Positions 33,074 through 42,901 of a DNA stretch of 64,000 nt are shown here, piece after piece; positions within the stretch are counted from its first letter, which is position 1, and each line of letters begins with the position of its first letter. A model generated the notes under the pieces. It worked only from the letters and a program-made list of their open reading frames with translations. It was not told the DNA's origin and ran no database searches. The stretch is from Spirochaetia bacterium (lineage in GTDB: Bacteria; Spirochaetota; Spirochaetia; SZUA-6; Bin103). The translations under genes were made by a program, and so were the position numbers. The stretch spans positions 1,888,001-1,952,000 of the forward strand of contig CBDBDQ010000005.1 of assembly GCA_965203905.1 (NCBI GenBank). Reading direction: 5' to 3'.

Positions 33074-36000
33074 TCACCGGACCGACCTCACATCAGCCTC
33101 GCCAGGGCCATGGTTCCGGTCGCCTGCCCCCGCCGTGTCGCCGGGGCCGTTCCGGACAGCTTCCGGTAGCGGGTGATCGCCGGCCGCCGCCGCGGCGTCG
33201 GGGTCGCGGCACAGCCTCTGAATTAATTTTTCAAGTTCAGTGGTAATGATTTGTGCCGCAGGCGTGAATTTCTTCGATGCCTTACTTAGGGCATCTATCA
33301 TTTTTCGGGTCGCCTCATAGGCTAGTTGGTCAGCCGTGGCGTCACCACCAAGCGCCATCTCCGCTTGTACCAGATATTTCTCGGCCAGCATGATAGCGAT
33401 ATCGGTCTCTAAGCTGAGCTTAGTGCCCTGTCTCATTGGAAACGACAGCCTATAAACCTGATCGATCGCTGCGGAACGCCCCCTATGCCTATGCTCATTC
33501 AGCACCACGTACCCGTATGTGGGCGCACTGATATAGACGGTTTTGCCTTCTGTGACGATATGCCCTTCTGCGAGTTTGAGCAGCAAGGGAAACACCTTTT
33601 CGATTAGGTCGTCCACTTTTGCAGGTGTCGTCGGGGCCGCTGGCTCTGGCGGCTGCGCAGGCACCGGCCCCCGTTCTACGAACCAGGTGCGTTCCCGATC
33701 CCCCTTGCGTAGCACCCACGGACCCGGCCGGTCGCGTCGGCGTCCGCACCAGAACCCCAGTGATCGCCGGTTGATTGCTTCCCTGCTTCTGTGCTGCGGC
33801 GGCGCAATTCCGATATGGCGGGAGGCCTCTTCCAGGGCCGCGGACTCCGCGCTAACAGTGACGACGTCGTCTTCCCTCTTGCACGCATCATCGATGTCGG
33901 CGGTTGTAACCTCGCGCGAGCCGAACATCCCGTGCCACGCTTCCAGGAACGCCATTGCCTCAGCTTGTTCCGGCACGGCCTCTTCCTTGACGGCTGCGTT
34001 GCCGAGCCAAGGGTCCAGGGCAGCGTTACCAAGAGCCCACACGATGGCGCTCCGAACGTAGTCGGACCACCTTCCGTAGCTGTTGATCCATGGACGAATC
34101 AAAACCGCTTCGCCACGGGCTACTTCCTCCGCGGTACCCTCAGCCCTGGTGCCGGCAAGCTTCCTCGCGTGATGGTGCGCGGACAGGATGGTAAGCACCG
34201 CGCCGAGCAACTCCGGGCGGTTTTCGCGCACGTACCGCTGCGGGTCGGGGTGGATCCGATATTGATGCAGCTCCGGCTCCATCTCATCGGTGAGCAGCTT
34301 GCACAACAACGCACGGCGCAGCATGTCGCTGCGGAACATCAGGTTGTTGCCGGTGGCGACTACCACCGTACGCCACGGTACCGTTCCGCTCGTGCGCGAT
34401 TCGCCGAGAATCCGGTCACTGATAGAGCCGGGAATGCTGTTGTCGCCACTGCTCAACGCACCTTCCAGCGCCGAGGATCCTAACGCCTGCCCGGGCTCAA
34501 CGTTGTCTATGAGCAGCACTCGCAAGCCAGCCAGTGCAACCGAAATAAGCCGCTTACGTTCCTCGTCCGCGACATCTGCCGCCTTCCGGCCAGAGATCGG
34601 TGACCACTTGGCTGGCGCACGCCCGGTAGCGATAATCGTTGCCAGATCGACCAGCGTTCCTTTCCCCGCGCCGCGATGGTTCGCGGTTATGCCGAACATC
34701 GGCACGTTGCCGGTGACGTAAGTGCGTCCGACGATCGTCAGAACTAGCGTCAGCCATATCGCCGAGTCCAGCGGGCGCGCGAAGTGCGACTCGCTCACCA
34801 CGTCCAACAACACCTGCGCGGCGGCCATGGCGTCGAACCGCGATGGCATCTGCGGCACCAGGTCAGGCGACCAGTCGTCGGTATGGAAGTCCGCGAAGAG
34901 ACCCGACTTCAAGTCGAAACCAGGCTTCGTGATGAGGGACCCGTCGCGCCTCATGGTTGGCGAATCTACGATCCCTTCAAGCAACCGAAAACGCGGGCGC
35001 GAACCGTCCAGCGTGTCCGCCTTGTAGCGGGCCTGGATCGACCCGGTAACGGCCTTGCTGGGGTCTGTGGGCGAAGACTTTCCATTTGTAAGGCGGCGCT
35101 CCCACCGCGTATACATGTCTAATCTGGTTTCCACGTCATCGTCCTTCGCTATGTCGATCCACAGGCTGCCCTCCGGGTTTTTGAGCCCAGAGTAGTCCTT
35201 TGGTAACTGGACGCGACGTAGAGCCGACAACATCCCGCTGGACGCTCCGGTAGAAGTCGATCTCACCGGCGATTCGTATAGTGCGTATTCATCGTTTGGC
35301 GTATCCACCAGAACATCGATAGCCGCGCGGGACCAAGCTAGCCTGTTACCGGACGAGATAGTGATCACAGGACGATCATCGCCTTGCTCGGCGGCGGGGT
35401 CGTCAGAAACAACGCCGGACTGATCGTCCACCGGCCACCGAACCTTATCAAATGCCACAGCTTGGGAGAGGAGTTGCTCCACGTCGCGAGCGCTTCGGTT
35501 CGGGTCTTCGTCCAACCAATCGGAGATGTCTTTACCGTTCGTATTCCGTAGCTCGAACCCCATCGCCGCCGGCAGCACAACCAGCACTTGTTCCACGCGG
35601 GCGTACTTCAGCAGGGACTCTCCGGCCTTCGCCAGGTGCCGCTGGCCGGGAAGGTCGGCGTCGCCGAGCAGCACAACCGTGTGCAGCCCTCGAGGTAGCC
35701 GCCGCGAGTGCGCCGCCGTCCACTTGCCTGCGCCTCCAGCGTTGCATGTGGCTACAAAGCCCAGTATCGCCAGTCGATCCGCGTCCTTCTCCCCTTCGAC
35801 GAGGATCAGGGGCTTGCCGCTGACCGGGACCGCGGCCAGCTCGTGAAGCCGATACGGGATCCCGCGCCCAGCCGGCGGCAACTTCCACACGACCTTGCCG
35901 TCTGCTGTGTGCCGCTGCCGAAACCTCTTCTCGCCGTACAGGCGCACGACTTCGAAGATCTCGTCGCCACGTTCGTCGCGGTAAGCGTACGTTACTCCGG

Positions 36001-36259
36001 AAGGCGGTGGCGAAGCGGCACCAACGGAACCGTCGTTCGCGTCGTGCAGCGGCGGCAGGTCCAGCCTCTCGGCCAAGTCGCTCAGAGTGCCGCCTTGGTT
36101 GCAGCCGTGGCAGAACCAGGTGCACTTGACGGGGTTCGCACTGGCGCTTGCGTGAGCGTCCGCGTGCTCCGGCAGCGGGCAGCAAATCGTAGCCTCATCG
36201 CCACGCCAGCGCTCTGGCGTAAGGTGCTGGTCGATCCACGCGCGCGCCACATTCCTCAT
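33074..36259 (-). CDS. Phage/satellite-type primase-helicase (Zn finger + Toprim + P-loop)
   Basis: CPLPEH..WFCHGC, LVEGEKDAD, GDAD, DISDW, GAGKGTL, LLIDNV, TGNNL..DMLRR. Confidence 0.88.
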   Translation of the reverse strand: MRNVARAWIDQHLTPERWRGDEATICCPLPEHADAHASASANPVKCTWFCHGCNQGGTLSDLAERLDLPPLHDANDGSVGAASPPPSGVTYAYRDERGDEIFEVVRLYGEKRFRQRHTADGKVVWKLPPAGRGIPYRLHELAAVPVSGKPLILVEGEKDADRLAILGFVATCNAGGAGKWTAAHSRRLPRGLHTVVLLGDADLPGQRHLAKAGESLLKYARVEQVLVVLPAAMGFELRNTNGKDISDWLDEDPNRSARDVEQLLSQAVAFDKVRWPVDDQSGVVSDDPAAEQGDDRPVITISSGNRLAWSRAAIDVLVDTPNDEYALYESPVRSTSTGASSGMLSALRRVQLPKDYSGLKNPEGSLWIDIAKDDDVETRLDMYTRWERRLTNGKSSPTDPSKAVTGSIQARYKADTLDGSRPRFRLLEGIVDSPTMRRDGSLITKPGFDLKSGLFADFHTDDWSPDLVPQMPSRFDAMAAAQVLLDVVSESHFARPLDSAIWLTLVLTIVGRTYVTGNVPMFGITANHRGAGKGTLVDLATIIATGRAPAKWSPISGRKAADVADEERKRLISVALAGLRVLLIDNVEPGQALGSSALEGALSSGDNSIPGSISDRILGESRTSGTVPWRTVVVATGNNLMFRSDMLRRALLCKLLTDEMEPELHQYRIHPDPQRYVRENRPELLGAVLTILSAHHHARKLAGTRAEGTAEEVARGEAVLIRPWINSYGRWSDYVRSAIVWALGNAALDPWLGNAAVKEEAVPEQAEAMAFLEAWHGMFGSREVTTADIDDACKREDDVVTVSAESAALEEASRHIGIAPPQHRSREAINRRSLGFWCGRRRDRPGPWVLRKGDRERTWFVERGPVPAQPPEPAAPTTPAKVDDLIEKVFPLLLKLAEGHIVTEGKTVYISAPTYGYVVLNEHRHRGRSAAIDQVYRLSFPMRQGTKLSLETDIAIMLAEKYLVQAEMALGGDATADQLAYEATRKMIDALSKASKKFTPAAQIITTELEKLIQRLCRDPDAAAAAGDHPLPEAVRNGPGDTAGAGDRNHGPGEADVRSVR

Positions 36260-37271
36260 CTTGCAGCCCCCCGATCCTGCACTCAGTTGCTCTTGTCCAG
36301 TATAACAAAATGAACGAACAAACTACAAGTAAGGGGGTCATGGAATGAGGAATGTGGAGTAGGGGCCGCCCCGCCAGGCGGACATTTTCTGCTGTTGGGT
36401 CCCATCCCGGTCCCTGAGACTTCCATTTTCAGATTCTGTCCGCGGGTCCCTTCTGCTGGGGCCCCAGCTCGGGATTCTCCTCCCTTCCCCCCGTTTCTCC
36501 CAATTTTTTCGTGGCGCGCGCGCCGGCATATGAAGCCCCGCGCGCAGCGCGGGGTGGGAAATGAGCGGGGGGGCGGGGTGGGGGTGGCCGGGGGTCCCTG
36601 AGCGTCTGCGGACCGCCGGAGACGGAGCGCTGCCGCGCCGCGGGCGGCCTGCCGGGCCTGACCGCACCCGCTGAACACCTCGCGAACGCGCCGCGTAGTG
36701 CCCAACCATGAGCGCATGGCCGCTCAACGCCACGCTGAGCCCATTGCCCATGAGCGCACACCAACGGGCACAGCACCACGTCCAACGCTGAGCGCGAGCC
36801 TGAGCAGGGTTGGTGAAGGGAAGGGCGAGCGTCCCGCCGTGGATAGGTGCGGTGCCGGGTGGGGAGCCCAACCCCAAGGCGCCGGCTGGGTCGGCTTCGG
36901 GCGGTGTGGCGCCGGGGTGAGTGACCGCTCGGTCGGGCGGGGGAAGCGGCAGCCGCTCGGGGTGACCGGCGCCGGTGGCGATCCCGACGCCGCACCGGGG
37001 GTGGCAGCCTCGCCGTTGACGCGCACACGTCAAACAGGCCACCCGGCACCGGGATCTGCGCCGCGCCTCGATGCCGGCGTTGCGCCACCGGACACGTGGC
37101 CCGCGGCCTGTCGAACACCGTAGTCAGCACAGCACAGTATGCCGTGACCAGCATCCGGGAGTCTGAGCGCGCTTCGAGCGGTCCTCGGTCGGCGCAGCGG
37201 GGCGAAAGGACGGCGTGAACGCCGCGTAATGCGCCGAACGGCGGGCCTGTGAAAAAAGCGTCTGAGGGGGG

Positions 37272-37300
37272 TTGACTCCCCTAATTTAGATTATGACAAT
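37272..37300 (+). promoter_or_regulatory. Putative sigma-70 promoter for the small-gene operon
   Basis: TTGACT-N17-GACAAT in an AT-rich patch. Confidence 0.55.
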
Positions 37301-37500
37301 GTATCTTGTAGGAAGCTAATCAAGGGCTTCCGGGGAGGCGAGCAGGCGCGCATCGCAGCGCGCGCCACCAACCAACCGGCAGGGCGGGGAGCCACCGAGC
37401 TTTGATCCGCGCCATGCGTCTCGGGTGGGTGAAGGGCGCACCGCAGCCCACCCGTAGAGCGCAGCACCGGAGGGGGTGCACGGGGTGCAGATCAACCAAA

Positions 37501-37556
37501 CAGCGGCGCGCGCGGGTGCTTCCGACAGGAACGTGGTCCGACTCCACGGCGTGCTG
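37501..37556 (+). ncRNA. tRNA-like module 1
   Basis: CAGCGGCGC/GCGTGCTG closing stem; TTCC-GACA-GGAA hairpin; CGTGG-TCCGACT-CCACG T-arm. Confidence 0.5.
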
Positions 37557-37598
37557 CATACCAACTCCCGCTGAGCGCGGGAGCACGGGAGGACATAG

Positions 37599-37907
37599 AT
37601 GGACGGGAGAACCGTATGGGTGAAGCCCGGCGACGTGGACGGCCGGATCGAAGCCGGAAACGTTGTCACGGCAACGCGAGCGCTCGATGCGTGGTGCCTG
37701 CGCGGGGACGACGGCAGCACGCCGATCGCCGCCGGCAGCGCGCTTGAGATCGTCGAGGAAAGGGCTTGGGGCGCTTCCATGGCCATGGAACTGCCGGCGC
37801 TGAGCGAAGAGGACGATGCCGGCAGCCGTGCCGCTGACAGCGAGGCATGGGTACAGGCCGGCCTTGAGCTTCAGGAGCTTGGCCTGTTCGAGGTGATCGG
37901 GCTGTGA
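37599..37907 (+). CDS. Hypothetical protein
   Basis: GGAGG RBS; first gene of a translationally coupled series. Confidence 0.65.
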   Translation: MDGRTVWVKPGDVDGRIEAGNVVTATRALDAWCLRGDDGSTPIAAGSALEIVEERAWGASMAMELPALSEEDDAGSRAADSEAWVQAGLELQELGLFEVIGL

Positions 37908-38683
37908 GCACGGCGACGATACACGCCAACGGGAGGGTCAACGTGACCCTCCCGAACATCAGCATCCTCGTAGATCGGCAGGACGCCGAGAGCCTGCGCG
38001 ACGCGCTCAACGCGGAGTTGCCGCTGGAGCAGGCCGCGGCGCCGGTAGCGCGTGAACGCGACCTGATGCTCGATCCCACCATCCGCGACATCGACGTGCT
38101 GCGCGCGGCGCAGGCCATCGCAACCGAGCACGCATGCCACGGCGTGGTGAAGCAGCTTGCGCACATGGTGACGCTGTACTGCGGCGGCGATGCCGACGAG
38201 GCGTTCGTACCGGGGCAGGTGATGAGCGACGTTACTGCGCCGCGCATCCGGTGGATCTCGGACGAATGGGTGAACGGGCGCAACGCGACCATCGAGACCA
38301 AGGAGCGGCGCCTGTCGCCGGCGATGGTGGAGCGGACCTACAGGGTTGAGGGCTACGTCCTGAACCGGCATCGCCTGCCGGAGCTTCGCCACACCAAGCC
38401 GTTCCCCAACTACACCGATGCGGAGCGCGCTGCCGAGCAGTGGACGCGCGCTGCCGAGTGGCCGGGGCACACCGAGCCGCCGGCGGACGTGTACGACCCG
38501 CCGGCCGAGGTCGTTGACGACGAGTATCCCGTCCACGTGGGTGACCGCGTACGCGATCCGATGGATGGGCGCTGGCGGACCGTGACGCGGATCGAGGGCG
38601 ACACGGTGTACCTGGCGGACGGCGGGTGCATGTCGGCCGACGAGTGCGGCGAGATCCGGCTGCCGGGCGAGGACCTGGACTGA
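37904..38683 (+). CDS. Hypothetical protein with a C-terminal SH3-like segment
   Basis: GTGA overlap; VGDRV..RTVTRIEGDTVYLADG. Confidence 0.65.
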   Translation: MSTATIHANGRVNVTLPNISILVDRQDAESLRDALNAELPLEQAAAPVARERDLMLDPTIRDIDVLRAAQAIATEHACHGVVKQLAHMVTLYCGGDADEAFVPGQVMSDVTAPRIRWISDEWVNGRNATIETKERRLSPAMVERTYRVEGYVLNRHRLPELRHTKPFPNYTDAERAAEQWTRAAEWPGHTEPPADVYDPPAEVVDDEYPVHVGDRVRDPMDGRWRTVTRIEGDTVYLADGGCMSADECGEIRLPGEDLD

Positions 38684-39093
38684 TGCGGGTACTGACCAAC
38701 CTGGAGGTCAACGACAAGGCGGCTGCGCTCCTGGAGCGCGCCGCCGTCTTTGTGGGCATCGGATGGACGCAGGGCGCGGCAGCGCGGAACGACGCCGGTG
38801 TCCCGGTGTCGCCTACCGCGCCGGATGCGTGGTGCTGGTGCGCAACGGGCGCCCTGCTGATCGCCAGCTACCGCGTGGGGCTGCTGAAGCTGAGCGGCGG
38901 CGATGAGACCGCAGTCCGGCGGGCCGCGTGTGCCGTTCTGGAGAAGCTGATCCGTGAGACCACCGGCCTGCCGGAGGATCGGGGCGGGGTGATTGCGTAC
39001 TGGAACGACCTGGACGGCCAGCGGCAGGCGGACGTGAAGGACGCGCTGATCCGCGCCGCGCGGACGCTGAAGCCGCTCACGGAGGCGTGCTGA
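38683..39093 (+). CDS. Phage protein, DUF6197-like
   Basis: GWTQGAAAR..AWCWCATGAL..YWND. Confidence 0.75.
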   Translation: MRVLTNLEVNDKAAALLERAAVFVGIGWTQGAAARNDAGVPVSPTAPDAWCWCATGALLIASYRVGLLKLSGGDETAVRRAACAVLEKLIRETTGLPEDRGGVIAYWNDLDGQRQADVKDALIRAARTLKPLTEAC

Positions 39094-39575
39094 TGACGGA
39101 TCTGCTGGACGCGCTGAAGCGCAACAACCGGTTGCTCCAGGAGATCGCGTTGCAGTACGGCGCCGGCACCGGGGAGGGCGGCGCCGCTGGTACCCCCGTG
39201 CTGAACACGCCGGAGGCCGTGGCGAACCAGTGCATGGACATGGGCGGCCTGCTGCAAGAGCAGTTGCGGGTGCTGCTGCTGAACACCAAGTCGGAGCTGC
39301 TGGAGGCCGTGACGGTCTACCAGGGCACGGTCAACGCCGCCTCGATCCGGGTCGCGGAGATCCTGCGCCCTGCCATCGTGAGGGGCGCGCCCTACTTCAT
39401 CGTGGTCCACAACCACCCCTCGGGCGACCCGTGCCCAAGCGGGTCTGATACGCGGGTGACGCGGAAGGTGCGGACGGCGGCGGAGTACTTCGACATCGAG
39501 CTGTACGACCACGTGGTCGTCGCGCGGCGCGGCTTCGTGAGCCTGCGGCAGCGCGGCATCGGCTGGGAGGGCTGA
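39093..39575 (+). CDS. radC: RadC/JAB-domain protein
   Basis: QEQLRVLLLNTK, VHNHPSGDPCPSGSD, LYDHVVV. Confidence 0.93.
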   Translation: MTDLLDALKRNNRLLQEIALQYGAGTGEGGAAGTPVLNTPEAVANQCMDMGGLLQEQLRVLLLNTKSELLEAVTVYQGTVNAASIRVAEILRPAIVRGAPYFIVVHNHPSGDPCPSGSDTRVTRKVRTAAEYFDIELYDHVVVARRGFVSLRQRGIGWEG

Positions 39576-39800
39576 ATGGCAGGGGAAGTGATCCACGGTC
39601 AGGCCGGCCGGGAGACGTTGGTGATCCGGCGCGAGGAAACGCGCTCGTCGCTGACCGCGATCTACTACGCGATCTACGCCAAGAAGGACGGCGAGGACGT
39701 GTGGTACGCGGAGCGGCTCGCCGGGGGCTTGGCGCTGGACGTGGCTGAGGCATGGGGCTGGCGCGGGGAAGTGCCGGCCGACAGCGAGGCAGCATCGTGA
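39576..39800 (+). CDS. Small hypothetical protein
   Basis: Abuts radC; RBS GGGAGG. Confidence 0.6.
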   Translation: MAGEVIHGQAGRETLVIRREETRSSLTAIYYAIYAKKDGEDVWYAERLAGGLALDVAEAWGWRGEVPADSEAAS

Positions 39801-39806
39801 ACGAAA

Positions 39807-39851
39807 GCCGGCAGGAACAGCGTGAGCGTGGTTCAAACCCACCCTGCCGGC
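39807..39851 (+). ncRNA. tRNA-like module 2 (minihelix)
   Basis: GCCGGCAGG/CCTGCCGGC 9-bp stem stacked on GTGG-TTCAAAC-CCAC. Confidence 0.6.
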
Positions 39852-39906
39852 AGACCCAGCCCGCAGGCGCTACAGGGCGCCGGGGCACTTCTGGAGGGAC
39901 CCCCGA

Positions 39907-40353
39907 ATGACCGCTGCACAGAGATTTCTCAAGGAGGACCTGGACGACGCGCAGCGCATGGCGCGACTGCGCGCCGCGGCCGTCACGGTCGAGGATCGCA
40001 CCTACAGCACCGTGTGGACCATGCAGGACGGCAGCCGGGTCGAGCGCGGCTGCGCCCGTGGCGTCGCCGCCTACGGCACGCTGCCGTCGCTGGTCGCCAT
40101 GATCGAGCGCACCCTGAAGGCAGACCGCGAGACGATCGTCTACTACCGCCGGTGCGAGGCGCAGGCGCGGTTGCGCGCCAAGCGCACCGGCAGCGCTGCC
40201 TGGTCGGCTGCGGCTGGGCAGTGGGTCATGGCGCGGTTCGAGCTGGAGGCCGACATCCGCCGGCACCTGCGGGAGCTGATCCGGCTGCGCCGTGGCTGGC
40301 AGGCCATCACCGACTACCGCCTCGACCACTACGTGGCGCGGAGCGCTGCCTGA
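39907..40353 (+). CDS. Hypothetical protein
   Basis: GGAGG RBS; GC3-rich frame. Confidence 0.65.
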   Translation: MTAAQRFLKEDLDDAQRMARLRAAAVTVEDRTYSTVWTMQDGSRVERGCARGVAAYGTLPSLVAMIERTLKADRETIVYYRRCEAQARLRAKRTGSAAWSAAAGQWVMARFELEADIRRHLRELIRLRRGWQAITDYRLDHYVARSAA

Positions 40354-40757
40354 TGGTGGCGCAGCCTCAGACCATCCGCACCGCGGCCGCGGAGGTCCTG
40401 GACGGCGCCGCCCGGTACATCGAGACCGGGTGGTGCCGCTTCTCCACAGCACGCGGCGCCGACAACGTGCCCTGCGCACCGACCAGCACCGACGCGGTGT
40501 GCTGGTGCGCTTCCGGGGCGATCCACGTCGCCGCGCGGCGTAGCGCGCCCCCGCATCGGCTGGGAACCATCACCGAGCAGGCGCAGCGGGCCATGGTCGA
40601 CGCGATCCTGGAGACGCATCCGGAGTTCTTCGACCCCGGCACGCTGCCGATGTGCGCGATTGCCTCCTGGAACGACCACGCGGAGATCGGGCCGACGACC
40701 GTGATTGATCGGCTGCACCGCGGCGCCGAGCTGCTGCGGCTGCCGGCGGCGGCATGA
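40353..40757 (+). CDS. Phage protein, DUF6197-like (paralogue of 38683-39093)
   Basis: GWCRFSTAR..AVCWCASGAI..SWND. Confidence 0.75.
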   Translation: MVAQPQTIRTAAAEVLDGAARYIETGWCRFSTARGADNVPCAPTSTDAVCWCASGAIHVAARRSAPPHRLGTITEQAQRAMVDAILETHPEFFDPGTLPMCAIASWNDHAEIGPTTVIDRLHRGAELLRLPAAA

Positions 40758-41029
40758 AGGTTGCCATCCGCGCCGGCATGCGCCTGCAACTGTCCCGCGA
40801 GCCCGCGCGCTTCACCCGCGCGCCGCGCCGGGTCCTGGTGTACCGCCAGGGCGACCGGCGCGCCGTGGTGTGGCGCAGCGACCTGATTCTGATGGGTCGG
40901 CGCGGCCGGCCGTACACCGTGCTGCTGCTGCGCGAGGACGGCGGCGACTGCCGCACCGAGTCTCACCGCACCGTGCCTGCTGCGCTCGATACGGCGCGCG
41001 GCTGGGTAACGGGTGCCATCGCCGAATAG
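40754..41029 (+). CDS. Small basic hypothetical protein
   Basis: ATGA overlap with the previous gene. Confidence 0.55.
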   Translation: MKVAIRAGMRLQLSREPARFTRAPRRVLVYRQGDRRAVVWRSDLILMGRRGRPYTVLLLREDGGDCRTESHRTVPAALDTARGWVTGAIAE

Positions 41030-41117
41030 TGGCGAAATACGGGCCATAGCGCGCCCGTATCGTGCCGGGGCTGGCCGCCCGGTGCCTGAATGAGCCATGG
41101 CCGACAGGAGGGTTGCT

Positions 41118-41498
41118 TTGAACAACCTCAACTCCGTTTTGATCGAGGGCAATCTGTGCCGCGATCCCGAGCTTCGCTACACGCCGAAGGGCACGCCGAC
41201 CTGCACGCTGGTGCTGGCGTCGAACCGCTCCTACAGGGACCCGGAACGCCAGGGCGAGCGCATCGAGGAAGTCTCGTTCATCGAGACCACGACCTGGGGC
41301 AAGCTCGCCGAAGTGTGCCACGAGCACTTGGCGAAGGGGCGCGGCATCCGCGTGGTCGGGCGCCTGAAGCAAGAGCGCTGGGACGATCCGCACGGCAATC
41401 AGCGCGCCAAGGTCGTGATCGTCGCCGAGCAGGTTGAGTTCCAGCCGAAGCGGCAGCCGGCCCGCCAGACGGCGGAACCGGCAGCCGCTGCCAGCTAG
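41118..41498 (+). CDS. ssb: Single-stranded DNA-binding protein lacking the acidic C-terminal tail
   Basis: NSVLIEGNLCRDPELRYTPKG, WGKLAE, KGRGIRVVGRLKQERW. Confidence 0.95.
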   Translation: MNNLNSVLIEGNLCRDPELRYTPKGTPTCTLVLASNRSYRDPERQGERIEEVSFIETTTWGKLAEVCHEHLAKGRGIRVVGRLKQERWDDPHGNQRAKVVIVAEQVEFQPKRQPARQTAEPAAAAS

Positions 41499-41606
41499 TA
41501 CCAAGGGGATGGCGGGGCGCTTCAGCTACGAGAGCGTTCCGCCAACCCCAACCCCTGCGGCCTTCTCTTTGCCGGGTCGAGCCGCAGGGATCGGAGGACA
41601 CACCCT

Positions 41607-41807
41607 ATGCCGAACCGTAGAGGATCGCAACGCCGGCGCCAGGAGCGCCGCGAGAACAGGCGCGTCGAGCGCGAGCTGCTGCACACCGCCATCAAGGACC
41701 TGCGCGCCGCAGTGATCGACGAGGACGCGGGCAACGACCACGTGAGGGACTGCGCGTTCGAGGTCGTCGAGGCCTACGAGCGCGCTGTGCCGGAGCATCG
41801 AGAATGA
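41607..41807 (+). CDS. Small hypothetical protein
   Basis: GGAGG RBS. Confidence 0.55.
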   Translation: MPNRRGSQRRRQERRENRRVERELLHTAIKDLRAAVIDEDAGNDHVRDCAFEVVEAYERAVPEHRE

Positions 41808-42004
41808 CCCGCACCATGACCTTGGCCGACCGGGCCGCGAAGCTCGGCCTGCGGGTCGAGACCGAACCGCACGGCGCCGGCGCCGGGATCGCCGGCTACA
41901 CCGTCTTTCGGGGCGGACAGTGGCTGTTCCAGGGGACCGCGGCCGAGGCGCATGCGTTCCTGGACGGCTACGGTGCCGCCCTGGCGCTGCGGTGCCTCCC
42001 ATGA
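41804..42004 (+). CDS. Small hypothetical protein
   Basis: ATGA overlap. Confidence 0.5.
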   Translation: MTRTMTLADRAAKLGLRVETEPHGAGAGIAGYTVFRGGQWLFQGTAAEAHAFLDGYGAALALRCLP

Positions 42005-42311
42005 GCGCGCCTGAGGCACTGTGGCGAACCAAGGACGGCAAGGTCGCCATCTTCCGCCTGGTCTACCACGCCCGGCGACCTGGACACCGCCAGCTACCCC
42101 GCCGGCTATGCGCAGCGCAACCCGCGCTTTGCGCCCCTGACATCGCCCCCCGGCTACCCGCTGCAGGTACTGGCCAGCGATGGCGAGCTGCACTACGCCG
42201 AGGCAGCGGACCGGGGGCGCATCAACGCCGACGGCGTGTTCCGCCTGCGGGACCTGCGGCGCGGCTGAGGCGCCGCTTCCCCTACCCCCATTCAGACATT
42301 CAGGAGAACCT

Positions 42312-42728
42312 ATGGAACGACATGAGACGTTCGCCGCGGCTGCCCTGCAGGGCGTCATCGCCGCGCGCACCAACTTCGACATCGCCGGCGAGATCGAGCT
42401 GGCGTGGCGCTACGCCGACGGCATGGAAGCCGAGGCGGCGCGCCGCGGCAAGCTGGCGATGGCGGACCAGCTTCCCTACGACTGCGAGGTCACCATCACC
42501 GCCAAGGCCGACTACAGCTACGCCCTGGTCGAGGGCATCGAGGCCGCGACCGAGCAGGGCATCGAGTACTCCAACCGCGATCGCCGCTTGATCGGCGAAG
42601 TACTCGCCGCCTACGGGCGCGCCGAGGACGCCGGCAATTCGTTCACTGGCCGGTGCGAGCTGTCCCACACGTTCGGCGAGGTCTGCCGCTTCACGTTCAC
42701 GCCGAAGCAGGACGACGAGCCGAGCTGA
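42312..42728 (+). CDS. Phage hypothetical protein
   Basis: FAAAALQG..LAWRYADGM motif seen in phage early genes; AGGAG RBS. Confidence 0.7.
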   Translation: MERHETFAAAALQGVIAARTNFDIAGEIELAWRYADGMEAEAARRGKLAMADQLPYDCEVTITAKADYSYALVEGIEAATEQGIEYSNRDRRLIGEVLAAYGRAEDAGNSFTGRCELSHTFGEVCRFTFTPKQDDEPS

Positions 42729-42781
42729 TCCCGCGCCGGCGGCGCCGCCGGCACCACACCACAACCGCACACGACACGCCT

Positions 42782-42820
42782 GCAGGGCGCCTTCGGACTC
42801 CGGGGGCGCCCTGCTTGTGT
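42782..42820 (+). terminator. Strong GC hairpin (terminator-like or processing stem)
   Basis: GCAGGGCGCCTTCGG-ACT-CCGGGGGCGCCCTGC followed by TTGTGT. Confidence 0.5.
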
Positions 42821-42821
42821 C

Positions 42822-42872
42822 CGGACGCCCGGGCTGGGCCTGCGCAGGGGTTCGACTCCCCTGCCCCGTCCG
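42822..42872 (+). ncRNA. tRNA-like module 3
   Basis: CGGACG/CGTCCG closing stem; GCAGGGG-TTCGACT-CCCCTGC T-arm. Confidence 0.6.
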
Positions 42873-42901
42873 TAGCCGCTACTGCGGCCAAGGAGCTCCA
42901 C

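Noticed and set aside
36283-37154. Arg/Pro/Gly-rich ORFs upstream of the primase
   Set aside because: Low-complexity translations in several frames with no RBS or motifs; treated as non-coding
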